A DNA stretch of 64,000 bases from IMG/VR virus record IMGVR_UViG_3300023235_000008, positions 62,001 to 126,000 of that record. One strand, written 5' to 3'. Both the position numbers and the translations under genes were made by a program. The stretch's first letter is position 1. Every line of letters begins with the position of its first letter. Positions 29,129 to 38,646 of the stretch are shown here, piece after piece. The notes beneath the pieces were generated by a model. That model ran no database searches, was not told where the DNA came from, and saw only the letters and a list, made by a program, of their open reading frames with translations.

Positions 29129-29476
29129 ATGTTTTTAACAGATATTAGCGCACCCGAACACGAAACACTAATTAAAGAATGCAACGAACTACTCGAAGGC
29201 ATTAAACTAGGCGGTCCCGACATTAAGGATCAGCCACGTTCATCGTCACCACCAGATGAAATGAGATTTTCACGCCGCGGCAGAGCTATCTATCCCGGCA
29301 AAACTGGAATCGTGCAAAGTGCTAGCGAATATATCCAACGTGCCAGCGAAATCCTTGATAAAATGAACAATCCTTCTATCAAGCAAGGGCATTTCGAAGC
29401 AGAAGTGTATGACAAGGTTATCACACAGTTACGTGCTATTCGTGACAAACTAGCAACATATAAGGCACAAGCATAA
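29129..29476 (+). CDS. Hypothetical late protein
   Basis: ATAAATA at 29102-29108 and AGGA RBS. Confidence 0.6.
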   Translation: MFLTDISAPEHETLIKECNELLEGIKLGGPDIKDQPRSSSPPDEMRFSRRGRAIYPGKTGIVQSASEYIQRASEILDKMNNPSIKQGHFEAEVYDKVITQLRAIRDKLATYKAQA

Positions 29477-32400
29477 TGAGTTATCTAACCGAAGTAACAA
29501 TGTCGGATTTACAAGGATTGGATCAAGCACTTGATCGTCTTTGGTCTAAACTAGGCATCGATGTAGTATTCACAAAACACTTCGCTGACCGTTTTAACCG
29601 TCCTGAACATAAATCAAAGCCAGTAACACAAAAAGAAGTATATGATTTATTCGTAAAAATTCAAAGCAAACACGGCAACAAGATAAAGCATCTTGGTACT
29701 GATATGGAAGCAGTTATGACTGATCTATCAAATGATTTGAATGTTCCTTTCGTTATCCTTGACAATCCACGACACGACCGCAACCCTGATGCACCTCGTT
29801 TTCAGTTGGTTACCAAAACGATGATGAAGAAGAAAGCATTCAAGCCAACTGGTATCATTAAAAAACAGTTCAAAGTTGAAAATAAGAATCTATCTGAAAA
29901 GAAAAAAGAAGATAAAAAAGGCGGTAACGACGAAATCAACCTATCTAACTTTGACCCGAGCATCTATCCATTTATCAAAAAAGCATTATATCGCTTTCCT
30001 ACCGCACATAATGAGATTGAGGCATTGGCTAAACTTGTTCAAGCCTTAGATTCAAAAGTAGGTGATGGTGCCAAGGAGATGGGCGATATTGAAACCGATT
30101 TAGGCAGTAATGATGATATCACTATGTCAAACCAACGTATTCTTACAGATATTTTGGATAGACTCGAATCGCTGGAACAAACCGTACACACAGAGCAACC
30201 TATTACGACAGAAGGATATGGTTTTGTACACGAAGTTGCAATGAATACCATTACTAAAGGTAAGTTCAATGATTCACTGGTATTGACACTAAATGCCGCC
30301 GAATTTGCGGAGAGTGTTGAAGAAGAAAATATGGAACTCATCGGCAAGGTAGCCAGCTTAAATATTGAGTTTTGGTTATGTGAAGAAATTGAAGAAGTCC
30401 AAATATTTCAACGTGGCGACGATGACAGTCGCACACAAAAAGGTATGCTTAGTTATTGGAAGACAGACGCAGGTTATACTATGGCGGATATGTCAATCCA
30501 CGAGAGTATCCAAGGATACAACGTTGGTTTCCGTTTGTATACGTGGTTGATGAAAAGCCTTGGTTGGACGATTATATCCGATGAAACGCAATCTGAAGGT
30601 GCCATCAAACTATGGAAAAAGATTGTTGCACATCCTAACGTGGTTGCGTGGGGTGAGATTAGTGGCTACAGTGACGGACCAATGCCACTGCATTATGACG
30701 CAGAAGACGATGAGATTGAAGGACCATTGGACACACACCAACCACACTACAATGATTCATTCAGCAAAGAAAAGGAAGACCAATCCGAAAAGTTAAGAAA
30801 GGCTTGGACGGACGGTAAGTTATCCGATGACCGGTATCACAAAGCGATGGCAAAACTTGGCACAGAGTATGCAGATGATATTGAAGGCGAGGCACTTTCG
30901 GGTGATTTGCTTATCTATGCTATGTGGGGTGATAAAAAAACAAACGAATCATTTAGTTTAAAGAAAGCGATTGCTTTAAAAGAATTAAAAATCATTAAAC
31001 CGACAGATACCCGTTGGGATATTCCACGTAACAAAATGCCACAAGTAAGCAGCGATGATATGCCAGAGCTAGTTAAATGGCTCGAAGATCGTGGCGTTTC
31101 ATTCCGTAACAAAAGCGTCGATACCAAATCATTGAAACCCACACAAGGTGAGTTTGATGACGAAAAGATTGAAAAAAGTATTAAGCGTGGTATTTCAACA
31201 AAGCCATTATTGGTAAGTGCTGACAACTATATTGCTGACGGACATCATCGTTGGTTAGCAGCATACAACGTCGGTCAACCTATTAACATCACACAGACAA
31301 GCATCGACATCGAAGAATTGATGGGCTATCTACGCAAGTTTCCGAAGACATTCTACAAAGAACTTGAAGAAGGCGTAGGACGTATTACTGATTACAACAC
31401 TACCGACGATGTTGGTAAGGATGAGACACGAGTGCAGGGAAAAAAGTTCGGATTTGACGTTGACAGTGATGGCTACCCGCCATTGTTAAGTGGTGGGAAT
31501 CGTCGTCGCAAGTTATCGTCAAAAGAGAACACCGAAGCAGCATACAACCTTGGTATTGCAGAAGGATACGATTTCCTGAATGATGAAACCAAGATAAACG
31601 AAAGCCCAGTGTCTAAGTATTGGATTCATCCAGCCAGCAAGAAGATTATTGAGCTAGCCAGCGAAGGTGAACATCATACACAGGATGCTTTATTAAAACC
31701 ACAAAAATATGGTGTGAGCTTTAAAGAGCTTGGCGATAATTACACGCCTACCAGTAAGTATTATGATATTCCCGTTGCTATGATTATGTATGCAAATGGT
31801 TGGGTGCGTTTCAGTTCTGAAAGTGGTAACGGATACTTCACTAGCGACGATAATATGAAGCTAGCAAAAGCATTAGCACTTATTACTGACAATAACATTC
31901 ATATCAAAGTTGCTACTATGGAAAATGAAGCAACAGGGAAGAATGTTAACCTTGATACAAACGCTGCAATGCGTGAATTCAAGAGAACAGGTAAAAAACC
32001 AGTGTCCAAGATGGCAGCATTCCGTGAAAGTCAGTTGAAAGATGATGAAACTTTGGAACTACCTGACATCGACGTTGGCGACGAACTTATGGTTGGGAAG
32101 TTCAAGAACCGCAAGGCTACTGTCAAAGGCTTTAAGAAAGACAAACACCAGCAGCCGATAGCGAAAACCGATAAAGGCGACCAGCAAATATTCAAAGGTC
32201 GTGTAAAGAAATTAATGCCCGAGACACAGTTGAATGAAATTGAAAGTCCAGTCAAAACTGTTATTCTATATAAGTTGTTTAAAACTGATGCCAGCGGAAA
32301 GATTTATCCACTGTATATCGATGCTAAAACACCTGTTCCAGTAGGTAAATGGTTACCAGCAAAAATCGGCGAAATGACACCTACCGGCGGTAAAGTGAAA

Positions 32401-32871
32401 TCTTCACTTGGACCATTGGCTATGCGCCCCGGTTGGCACGGTGGTAATCTACCTATAGCAACACACATTGGCGGAAAGAGTGGCGGCGCTTCGCAAACAA
32501 AACCAGATTATCGTCTTGAAAACCAAGTATGGGCAGAAGTATTATTTGCGAATGATGTAGATTGGCAGGATGAGGCTAACAAAAGAGCAGATCGTAATAA
32601 AAAGGGCGATATTGTTCCAAGAACTGCCCACATCACCGATCAGGTTCCGCAGGGCGGTCATTACAGATACAAAACCAATGCCAATATGACAGGGGAATGG
32701 CTAATCGGTGGTGAAATGAAAGTTGTCAAGGTTTTATCCCACGAAGAAGTTTTAGCCATTAACTCCGCTGCCGGTGTTGCAGATTTGCCACGATTTGACG
32801 AATTGCCTATGGAAAAACAAAATCAGATTACTGCACGTATTGAAGCCAAAAGAGCAAAGACCGCTAAATGA
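29476..32871 (+). CDS. 1131-aa multi-module protein (RNase-like, GNAT-like, ParB/Srx-like, KOW-like and other modules)
   Basis: ParB-like LKPTQ...PLLVSADNYIADGHHRW; GNAT-like GFRLY...IISDETQSEGAIKLWKKI; modules separated by xxE linkers. Confidence 0.65.
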   Translation: MSYLTEVTMSDLQGLDQALDRLWSKLGIDVVFTKHFADRFNRPEHKSKPVTQKEVYDLFVKIQSKHGNKIKHLGTDMEAVMTDLSNDLNVPFVILDNPRHDRNPDAPRFQLVTKTMMKKKAFKPTGIIKKQFKVENKNLSEKKKEDKKGGNDEINLSNFDPSIYPFIKKALYRFPTAHNEIEALAKLVQALDSKVGDGAKEMGDIETDLGSNDDITMSNQRILTDILDRLESLEQTVHTEQPITTEGYGFVHEVAMNTITKGKFNDSLVLTLNAAEFAESVEEENMELIGKVASLNIEFWLCEEIEEVQIFQRGDDDSRTQKGMLSYWKTDAGYTMADMSIHESIQGYNVGFRLYTWLMKSLGWTIISDETQSEGAIKLWKKIVAHPNVVAWGEISGYSDGPMPLHYDAEDDEIEGPLDTHQPHYNDSFSKEKEDQSEKLRKAWTDGKLSDDRYHKAMAKLGTEYADDIEGEALSGDLLIYAMWGDKKTNESFSLKKAIALKELKIIKPTDTRWDIPRNKMPQVSSDDMPELVKWLEDRGVSFRNKSVDTKSLKPTQGEFDDEKIEKSIKRGISTKPLLVSADNYIADGHHRWLAAYNVGQPINITQTSIDIEELMGYLRKFPKTFYKELEEGVGRITDYNTTDDVGKDETRVQGKKFGFDVDSDGYPPLLSGGNRRRKLSSKENTEAAYNLGIAEGYDFLNDETKINESPVSKYWIHPASKKIIELASEGEHHTQDALLKPQKYGVSFKELGDNYTPTSKYYDIPVAMIMYANGWVRFSSESGNGYFTSDDNMKLAKALALITDNNIHIKVATMENEATGKNVNLDTNAAMREFKRTGKKPVSKMAAFRESQLKDDETLELPDIDVGDELMVGKFKNRKATVKGFKKDKHQQPIAKTDKGDQQIFKGRVKKLMPETQLNEIESPVKTVILYKLFKTDASGKIYPLYIDAKTPVPVGKWLPAKIGEMTPTGGKVKSSLGPLAMRPGWHGGNLPIATHIGGKSGGASQTKPDYRLENQVWAEVLFANDVDWQDEANKRADRNKKGDIVPRTAHITDQVPQGGHYRYKTNANMTGEWLIGGEMKVVKVLSHEEVLAINSAAGVADLPRFDELPMEKQNQITARIEAKRAKTAK

Positions 32872-33143
32872 TTAAACTAGAGATTGATTTATATGCGGAT
32901 ATTCAACGTGATAGTATTCCATATCGGATATATGTTAACGACGAACTAATGACAGAACGAGACTATGTGTGGGATAATAAAGAACAATATATAACTGAAG
33001 TGGTGCCGTTATTTCTTGGCGAAGGTGTGCATACTATTAACGTCGAGAATTTATATCCAAAGAATGGTTCACTAAAGATAAATACGATAAGGGTTGATGG
33101 TAAAACCACTACCTTATTCAACGGACGGGAGTTTAAGCTATGA
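32868..33143 (+). CDS. Hypothetical protein
   Basis: ATGA-coupled ORF. Confidence 0.6.
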   Translation: MIKLEIDLYADIQRDSIPYRIYVNDELMTERDYVWDNKEQYITEVVPLFLGEGVHTINVENLYPKNGSLKINTIRVDGKTTTLFNGREFKL

Positions 33144-33562
33144 AGATCAAGGATATTATGGAAATGACAAGTAGTGGAAGTGTAGCTTCCGTTGCAATGC
33201 CATTGGGTAAAACTAATCGTCGTGGTGACCAAGGCGTTTATCGCAAAAAAACCGACGAAGCATATCCTGATAACTTTAGTGGGATACCATCCGACAACGA
33301 GCCAAGCGAACGTGAAAAAAATGAAGTACATAGCGAACTAGTATATCTTGCAAAACAAGGTGTTAGAGAGTTTATGAAAATGGGTCGCCTTTCAACTGAG
33401 CTTGATCCAAGAAATGCACAAGAGTTTAAAGCAGCCGTTGAACATATCGTTGATAATAACGTATACGCTGAAATGAACTCCCGTTACGAAGGTTGGTATG
33501 AATGGGAAGAAATGGAACATGTTGTTGAAAAGATTCTTGTAAAGGCAATGAAAAATGGATAA
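33140..33562 (+). CDS. Hypothetical protein with an N-terminal MKIKDIME motif
   Basis: ATGA-coupled; head-targeting-like N-terminus. Confidence 0.6.
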   Translation: MKIKDIMEMTSSGSVASVAMPLGKTNRRGDQGVYRKKTDEAYPDNFSGIPSDNEPSEREKNEVHSELVYLAKQGVREFMKMGRLSTELDPRNAQEFKAAVEHIVDNNVYAEMNSRYEGWYEWEEMEHVVEKILVKAMKNG

Positions 33563-35411
33563 TAGTTTTAGAAGTCTTGTAGAAAATATTCAACGATTAG
33601 ATGAAAATGCACCCGCCGATCAAGTCAAGGGTAAAGAAAAAGCTAAGAAGTCAAAGAACGGCGAACATCCTTTCAAGGATCGTTTGGTCGGAGAAGGATG
33701 GAATGATGAAGTTGAAGCTGGCGGGCATGACGAGTTTATGTTTGATGGTGAACTTGTAACAGTTGTTGGCGGTCCAAAAATGTTTGGTGACGAAAAAGGA
33801 CTACAAATATATTCAAAGAGAGATAACGACACACGTTGGGTTAATATCAAAGTGTTGAAGAAAAGTGTTGAAGAAGATTATGGATTCCTATCGCAGTATG
33901 TAGCAGAAGACGAGTTAGAAGAAGATATTGTTACACAAATGAAACGTGAAATGGGCGACTATATGAAGACAGCAGAATCTGACGAAGATGCCAAACCAAA
34001 GCAATTCAATCGTGGTATCAAAGGTCAATCACGTGATGTTCAAAAGAAAGGCACTAAGAAAGTGACCGATCCCGATGGACCACTATTTGATGATGTTGAT
34101 GAAGGTTTATCCGCAAGTCAAAACCGTGATCGCCTTATGAAAATAATGAAAAAGAATGCACCGAACGCATTTAAAAAGCCTAAAGAAGAGCCTAAAAAGA
34201 AAACAGAATCTAAAGGGCGACCATCCCCATCTATGCGTAAAAAATCAAGAGATTTTGGCAATGATAGACCGTCACCTAAAACTAATCACATTAAAATGAC
34301 AATGCCAGACCAAAACGGGGCGTATATCGGGAAAGATAAATGGGTTTCGCCAGAAGAAGTTGACGAATACCTTAATAAAGGATGGAAGAGATACGATAGT
34401 GTCCAAACATCAAAATGGGAAAAAACCACAGAAAATGATGATCCATGCTGGGATTCACATAAGCAAATAGGAATGAAGAAAAAGAACGGCAAAAAAGTTC
34501 CTAACTGTGTTCCAGAGTCCGAAGAAGAAGCTGATGCCCAACTAGATAGCCCACAAGATGTAATGGGTGGCAAAACACCAACAGCAAAAGAGATTGCTGA
34601 AAAGCATGGCGTTGATATTACTTCAATCGTTAAGCAGTTGGTTAAAGGTCGTAAGATTGAAAAAGAACACACAGATGATGCAAAAGTAGCAGACGAGATT
34701 GCCCGTGACCACCTAGCTGAACTACCAGATTATTATGATCGTTTAGATAAGATGGAAGAAGGCGAGGGAATCGATGAAGCAAAACAGGCAGTTGCTGGTG
34801 GAAAAGTGCAAAAGTATATAACAGGATTCGGACTTACACTAAAAGGTGAGAAATATGATGAAGTTGATTTTGAACTTCAAAATATTGATAACAATTCTGG
34901 AATGGTTACACTCAAAGTTCTTCCTCGCAACGGACATCCATCAAATGATTTACACGGCGAACAAATAAAAGTTCCTTTCAAATTAATGAGAAGAGGTCCA
35001 TTTATGGCAACCGATGTTACCAAGAATACGATGGGCGAAGGTATTATGGATAAAGCCAAAGATATGATGGGGTGGGATGAAACTGATGCTGAAGCACGGG
35101 ATAGCAAAAACACTGACAGTGCATATAAGAAGCGCCGTGGTCAAAAAGCAAAACACCGTGAACTGAAACCAGACGAAAAAATGGGTGCATTAATGGACAG
35201 CGATGATCACGAAATATCAATGGCACATTCGCAACTATCCGCCATTATTGAACACGCACAGGAACTTGAAAAACTCATTATGAAGCTAGACGACGATGAT
35301 AACCTACAATCATGGGTTCAATCCAAGTTGACAACAGCAAATGATTACTTGTCGAAAGTATATCATCATATGGAACACAAAACCGAGCATCCTTCCGAGG
35401 ACGACAAATAA
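33555..35411 (+). CDS. 618-aa charged multi-module protein (putative internal head protein)
   Basis: Short modules (CWDSHKQIGMKKK..VPNCVPE; EKEHTDD..A.EIARDHL.E.PDYY; DHEISMA...WVQSKL) separated by xxE linkers. Confidence 0.65.
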   Translation: MDNSFRSLVENIQRLDENAPADQVKGKEKAKKSKNGEHPFKDRLVGEGWNDEVEAGGHDEFMFDGELVTVVGGPKMFGDEKGLQIYSKRDNDTRWVNIKVLKKSVEEDYGFLSQYVAEDELEEDIVTQMKREMGDYMKTAESDEDAKPKQFNRGIKGQSRDVQKKGTKKVTDPDGPLFDDVDEGLSASQNRDRLMKIMKKNAPNAFKKPKEEPKKKTESKGRPSPSMRKKSRDFGNDRPSPKTNHIKMTMPDQNGAYIGKDKWVSPEEVDEYLNKGWKRYDSVQTSKWEKTTENDDPCWDSHKQIGMKKKNGKKVPNCVPESEEEADAQLDSPQDVMGGKTPTAKEIAEKHGVDITSIVKQLVKGRKIEKEHTDDAKVADEIARDHLAELPDYYDRLDKMEEGEGIDEAKQAVAGGKVQKYITGFGLTLKGEKYDEVDFELQNIDNNSGMVTLKVLPRNGHPSNDLHGEQIKVPFKLMRRGPFMATDVTKNTMGEGIMDKAKDMMGWDETDAEARDSKNTDSAYKKRRGQKAKHRELKPDEKMGALMDSDDHEISMAHSQLSAIIEHAQELEKLIMKLDDDDNLQSWVQSKLTTANDYLSKVYHHMEHKTEHPSEDDK

Positions 35412-35412
35412 G

Positions 35413-35441
35413 TTGACTTTAACCTACGTTTAATATATAGT
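35413..35441 (+). promoter_or_regulatory. sigma70-like promoter
   Basis: TTGACT-N17-TATAGT. Confidence 0.7.
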
Positions 35442-35450
35442 GGATAGATT

Positions 35451-36506
35451 ATGAGATTAAATGAAATAGCAAACCCAAACTTAGCGCCGGGAATGGCATA
35501 CTGGATTTCACCACGTGGTGAGATATTGGATATTGCTGGTCAAATGCATATTCAGACAGTTATTGAACGTCCTGAGAAGTTCGGGCTAACCAAGGAATAT
35601 ATTGATAAACTTTACGCCGACTTTGATGAGCCTATGGGCACTGAGGGCAAAGCACGTGAACAAATCATTTTGGCACTTGTCAAAAGGGGGTGGATTAGAA
35701 CTCGATTATATCGCAAACAGTATTTCTGGGCAATGAATATCAATCGTATGACTAACGTTACGTATGATAATATAATTAAATGGGCAAAGTATCATACCGA
35801 ACGTACCGATATCGGCAAACAGGCTGGTAACTTCGCTGATGTTAAACTTTCTAAGGGCGATGAAGCAGAAACAAAAGATATCGGTCAACTTATCAAGATT
35901 GCAGATGGTCAGCTAAAAGAAGCATTTATCATTGAAGACGATGGCGGTGAACTTATTACGTTAAGTGTGGTTGAATCAGTTCATGACATGATTGGCGAAT
36001 CGTCACTTGGTCGTATTTTCCAGCATCTTGATAACCCAAATCGTCCCGTAGCGTTTATTACTGCGTTCCGTGGCGGACAGGAAAATCGTCACGAAAATCT
36101 ACGCCGTAACCGCCAACTTGCTGGACAAGTAAAGAAAGCCGGGTATGGATATACGTTTATCGACGGCGGCTGGATTGAAAATCAAGGCACACCCGAAGAA
36201 CAAAAAGTTGAAGAAGATACCGTATTCATCGTCGGAAACGAGAATGATAGTGGTAATCTTAAAGGTCTTGTTAAGAAACTTATGGTACAGTATGATCAAG
36301 ATGGTGTTCTATTCAAACCCGCTGGTGGCAATGAAGTTCATTTGTTATTGAATAGCGGCGAGAACATCAACCTTGGAAAGTTCACGATGGGTACTGCCGA
36401 AGAAGGATATTCACGTATCCGTGGGCGGGAATTCCATTTTGAAAGCACAAGGGAACCACGTAAGAACTGGATTTCCAACATTGCAGCAGCAAAAGGTGTA
36501 AAATGA
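35451..36506 (+). CDS. Two-domain hypothetical protein (MRLNE N-terminus)
   Basis: The YWISP.GEI...H...P.KFG module resembles one in 29476..32871; C-terminal AFITAFR...EN..RN.QL domain. Confidence 0.65.
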   Translation: MRLNEIANPNLAPGMAYWISPRGEILDIAGQMHIQTVIERPEKFGLTKEYIDKLYADFDEPMGTEGKAREQIILALVKRGWIRTRLYRKQYFWAMNINRMTNVTYDNIIKWAKYHTERTDIGKQAGNFADVKLSKGDEAETKDIGQLIKIADGQLKEAFIIEDDGGELITLSVVESVHDMIGESSLGRIFQHLDNPNRPVAFITAFRGGQENRHENLRRNRQLAGQVKKAGYGYTFIDGGWIENQGTPEEQKVEEDTVFIVGNENDSGNLKGLVKKLMVQYDQDGVLFKPAGGNEVHLLLNSGENINLGKFTMGTAEEGYSRIRGREFHFESTREPRKNWISNIAAAKGVK

Positions 36507-36709
36507 AAATATTACCATCAAGTGTTAACATTAACCTTGACAGCCGTGGTGCGGCGATGGCTTATGAAAATCGTAGTCGTAGTGCAATGGCACGTGAATA
36601 TGAATTGGCAAGCATAGAAAAACGCCAATCATATGATGAAACCTACGGTCCAACAGACGTAAGTTCCATCAATGTGACTCGTGGTTTAAAAATTAATATC
36701 TTAGTTTAA
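36503..36709 (+). CDS. Small hypothetical protein ending GLKINILV
   Basis: ATGA-coupled ORF. Confidence 0.5.
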   Translation: MKILPSSVNINLDSRGAAMAYENRSRSAMAREYELASIEKRQSYDETYGPTDVSSINVTRGLKINILV

Positions 36710-37020
36710 TTGTTAGGTATATTCTCTACCATTGCTAGTACCCGCTCATACGCTTGAATACGTGTGGGTGCAGGGAATATTTCACCTTGTGCTGCTTCAA
36801 GCATATCAATCAACTGCTTTGTCGGAAGGCTTTGATAGAATAGCTCTTTTTCACGGCGTTCTTCCGCACGTGCTTCACGGCGTTCCTGTTGTTTTTCATA
36901 CTCAGACTTTTGTTCTTTTTCTTCTTCAGTCTGCGTAACTTCCTCGACAACTTGTGTTACTTTGGGTAATTGTCCGTTGTCCGTGGACAAAGGACGCCCC
37001 GTAATTGTTAGATCATCCAT
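36706..37020 (-). CDS. Hypothetical charged protein downstream of flagellin
   Basis: AGGAG RBS on the minus strand. Confidence 0.6.
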   Translation of the reverse strand: MDDLTITGRPLSTDNGQLPKVTQVVEEVTQTEEEKEQKSEYEKQQERREARAEERREKELFYQSLPTKQLIDMLEAAQGEIFPAPTRIQAYERVLAMVENIPNN

Positions 37021-37031
37021 TTTTATCTCCT

Positions 37032-37060
37032 AAAAAATAGTGGGGGAATTTCACCCCCAC
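37032..37060 (-). terminator. Intrinsic terminator after flagellin
   Basis: Minus strand GTGGGGG-loop-CCCCCAC followed by TTTTTT. Confidence 0.8.
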
Positions 37061-37070
37061 CCATTATCCC

Positions 37071-37903
37071 TTATCTAAAAAGACTAAGGATTGCTTGTTC
37101 AGATTGAACAGCAAGACTCAACGAGTTGTTAGCTAGTGCTTGGCGTGTCTGAAGAGCTAGCAAGTTAGCTGATTCTTCGTTTAGGTCTGCGTTGACCAAG
37201 TTACCAGCGCCTTCTTTGAGGCTGTTAATCATATTAGCTGTGAACTCTTCACGTGACTGAATCAACGCTGCATTTGTACCAAGCGTCTTAGCTGATGTAC
37301 GAACAGTTGACAATGCTGCATCAATCTTTGCGATATCAACATCAATGGCGGTCGTACCAGTTGCTATGGTGGCGTTTTCCCAATCACCAGCGTCGGTTAC
37401 TGCAAGACCAACTTGATCAGAAGCAATACCCGCAACCGTCAATGTTGTTGTGGTTTCGTTTAGCTTCACGGTCAAGCTATCTGGCGTAGCTTTCAGTAGT
37501 CCAACACCATTGAATGTAGCGTCTGCACTGGTGTTGTTGATCTGGTCAAGAATACCATCATATTGTGCTGAGAATGTAGTACGTTCTGCCACGCTTGAAG
37601 ATGCTTTAGCAGATTCAGCAACAGCTTTTGCTTGCTTTAGCAGACCTTCAATGGACTCTAGAGCATCAGTAGCTGTTTGTACAGTAACGATGTTGTTTGC
37701 TAGGTTTTCTTTTACCGTCAATAGATCGGATGCCGACTGCTTAAACCACGTGCAATAAAGAATGATGATGGATTATCAATAACATTGTTGACTTTCTTTC
37801 CTGACGAAAGGCGTCCTTGTGTCATTTCTAAGAGGTTAGTTGTATTTTGTAGTGAGTTTAGGTTACTGCGAATACTCGCAGATAGAGTTACTTCGTTTGA
37901 CAT
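37071..37903 (-). pseudogene. Alphaproteobacterial-type flagellin with a 1-nt deletion
   Basis: N-terminus VTLSASIRSNL..LQ.T..LL..TQ.RLSSGKKVN..DNP and C-terminus ADLNEESANLLALQTRQ.L...SLSLA.QS.Q.IL.LF. Adding one G at 37733-37734 restores SRASDLL and a 277-aa ORF. Confidence 0.88.
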
Positions 37904-37983
37904 TTATATTCTCCTTCTGGATATATGTCTATGTGGCGCTTTCCATTCTTGGAGAGCGTAATGAAACATTCTTGCTTCATTTA

Positions 37984-37990
37984 TATTTAT
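37984..37990 (-). promoter_or_regulatory. Late-type promoter of flagellin
   Basis: GATAAATA on the minus strand ~80 nt upstream of ATG; leader hairpin at 37937-37958; GAAGGAG RBS. Confidence 0.6.
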
Positions 37991-38043
37991 CATTATACGT
38001 GATAAGTATATATTTGTCTATATCTTTTTTTAAAAGAAATATA

Positions 38044-38072
38044 TTGATACAGGGTGCATATGCTGCTATAAT
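38044..38072 (+). promoter_or_regulatory. sigma70-like promoter of the polymerase operon
   Basis: TTGATA-N17-TATAAT. Confidence 0.7.
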
Positions 38073-38095
38073 GGGTAATCATTTAAGGAGATAAT

Positions 38096-38359
38096 ATGAC
38101 TGCTAATAACCGAGTGTTCTCGTCGGAAGAAACAACTAAACTAGACCATCTTATGCGTGAAGGTGTACAAACCCTGCAAGAAGTAGAAGATTTAACAGAA
38201 GGTCTAAACGATACCGTTAAGGCTATCGCTGAAGAACTACAAATCAAACCAGCCGTTTTAAAGAAAGCGATTAAAACCGCACAAAAAGATGATTTCCAAA
38301 ACAAATCGGAAGATCACGACTTGCTCGAAACTATATTGGCTTCAGTAAAACGCATTTAA
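38096..38359 (+). CDS. Small DNA-binding protein (T4 DsbA / GapR-like)
   Basis: EVEDL.EG..D.VK...EEL..KP.VLKKAIK pattern. Confidence 0.5.
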   Translation: MTANNRVFSSEETTKLDHLMREGVQTLQEVEDLTEGLNDTVKAIAEELQIKPAVLKKAIKTAQKDDFQNKSEDHDLLETILASVKRI

Positions 38360-38637
38360 TGATTAAAAATATATGGGCGTTTTGGGTAGAAACGTGGCAC
38401 GACAATAAGCCATTGTTTTGGTGTGAAGCCGTTGCCACAATAGTAAGCGTTATTGCCAGTTTCTTACTGGCGTTTCTAACCCCAACACCACCATTGCTAA
38501 TCATCTTTATCTGCTATCTTGTGGGTAGTGTGCTATTAATGGCAGCAATGTATATGAGAAAAAGCTCGTGGATGTTTGTTCTTATGGGATGGTATTCCTT
38601 AATGAACATCGTGGGCTTATTGAATGCAGCATTTTAG
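38359..38637 (+). CDS. Small membrane protein (3 TM)
   Basis: Three hydrophobic segments. Confidence 0.6.
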   Translation: MIKNIWAFWVETWHDNKPLFWCEAVATIVSVIASFLLAFLTPTPPLLIIFICYLVGSVLLMAAMYMRKSSWMFVLMGWYSLMNIVGLLNAAF

Positions 38638-38646
38638 GAGTGAATA

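Noticed and set aside
37718-37745. Programmed ribosomal frameshift in flagellin
   Set aside because: There is no slippery heptamer or CUU-UGA-type site; a GGG-to-GG deletion explains the break.
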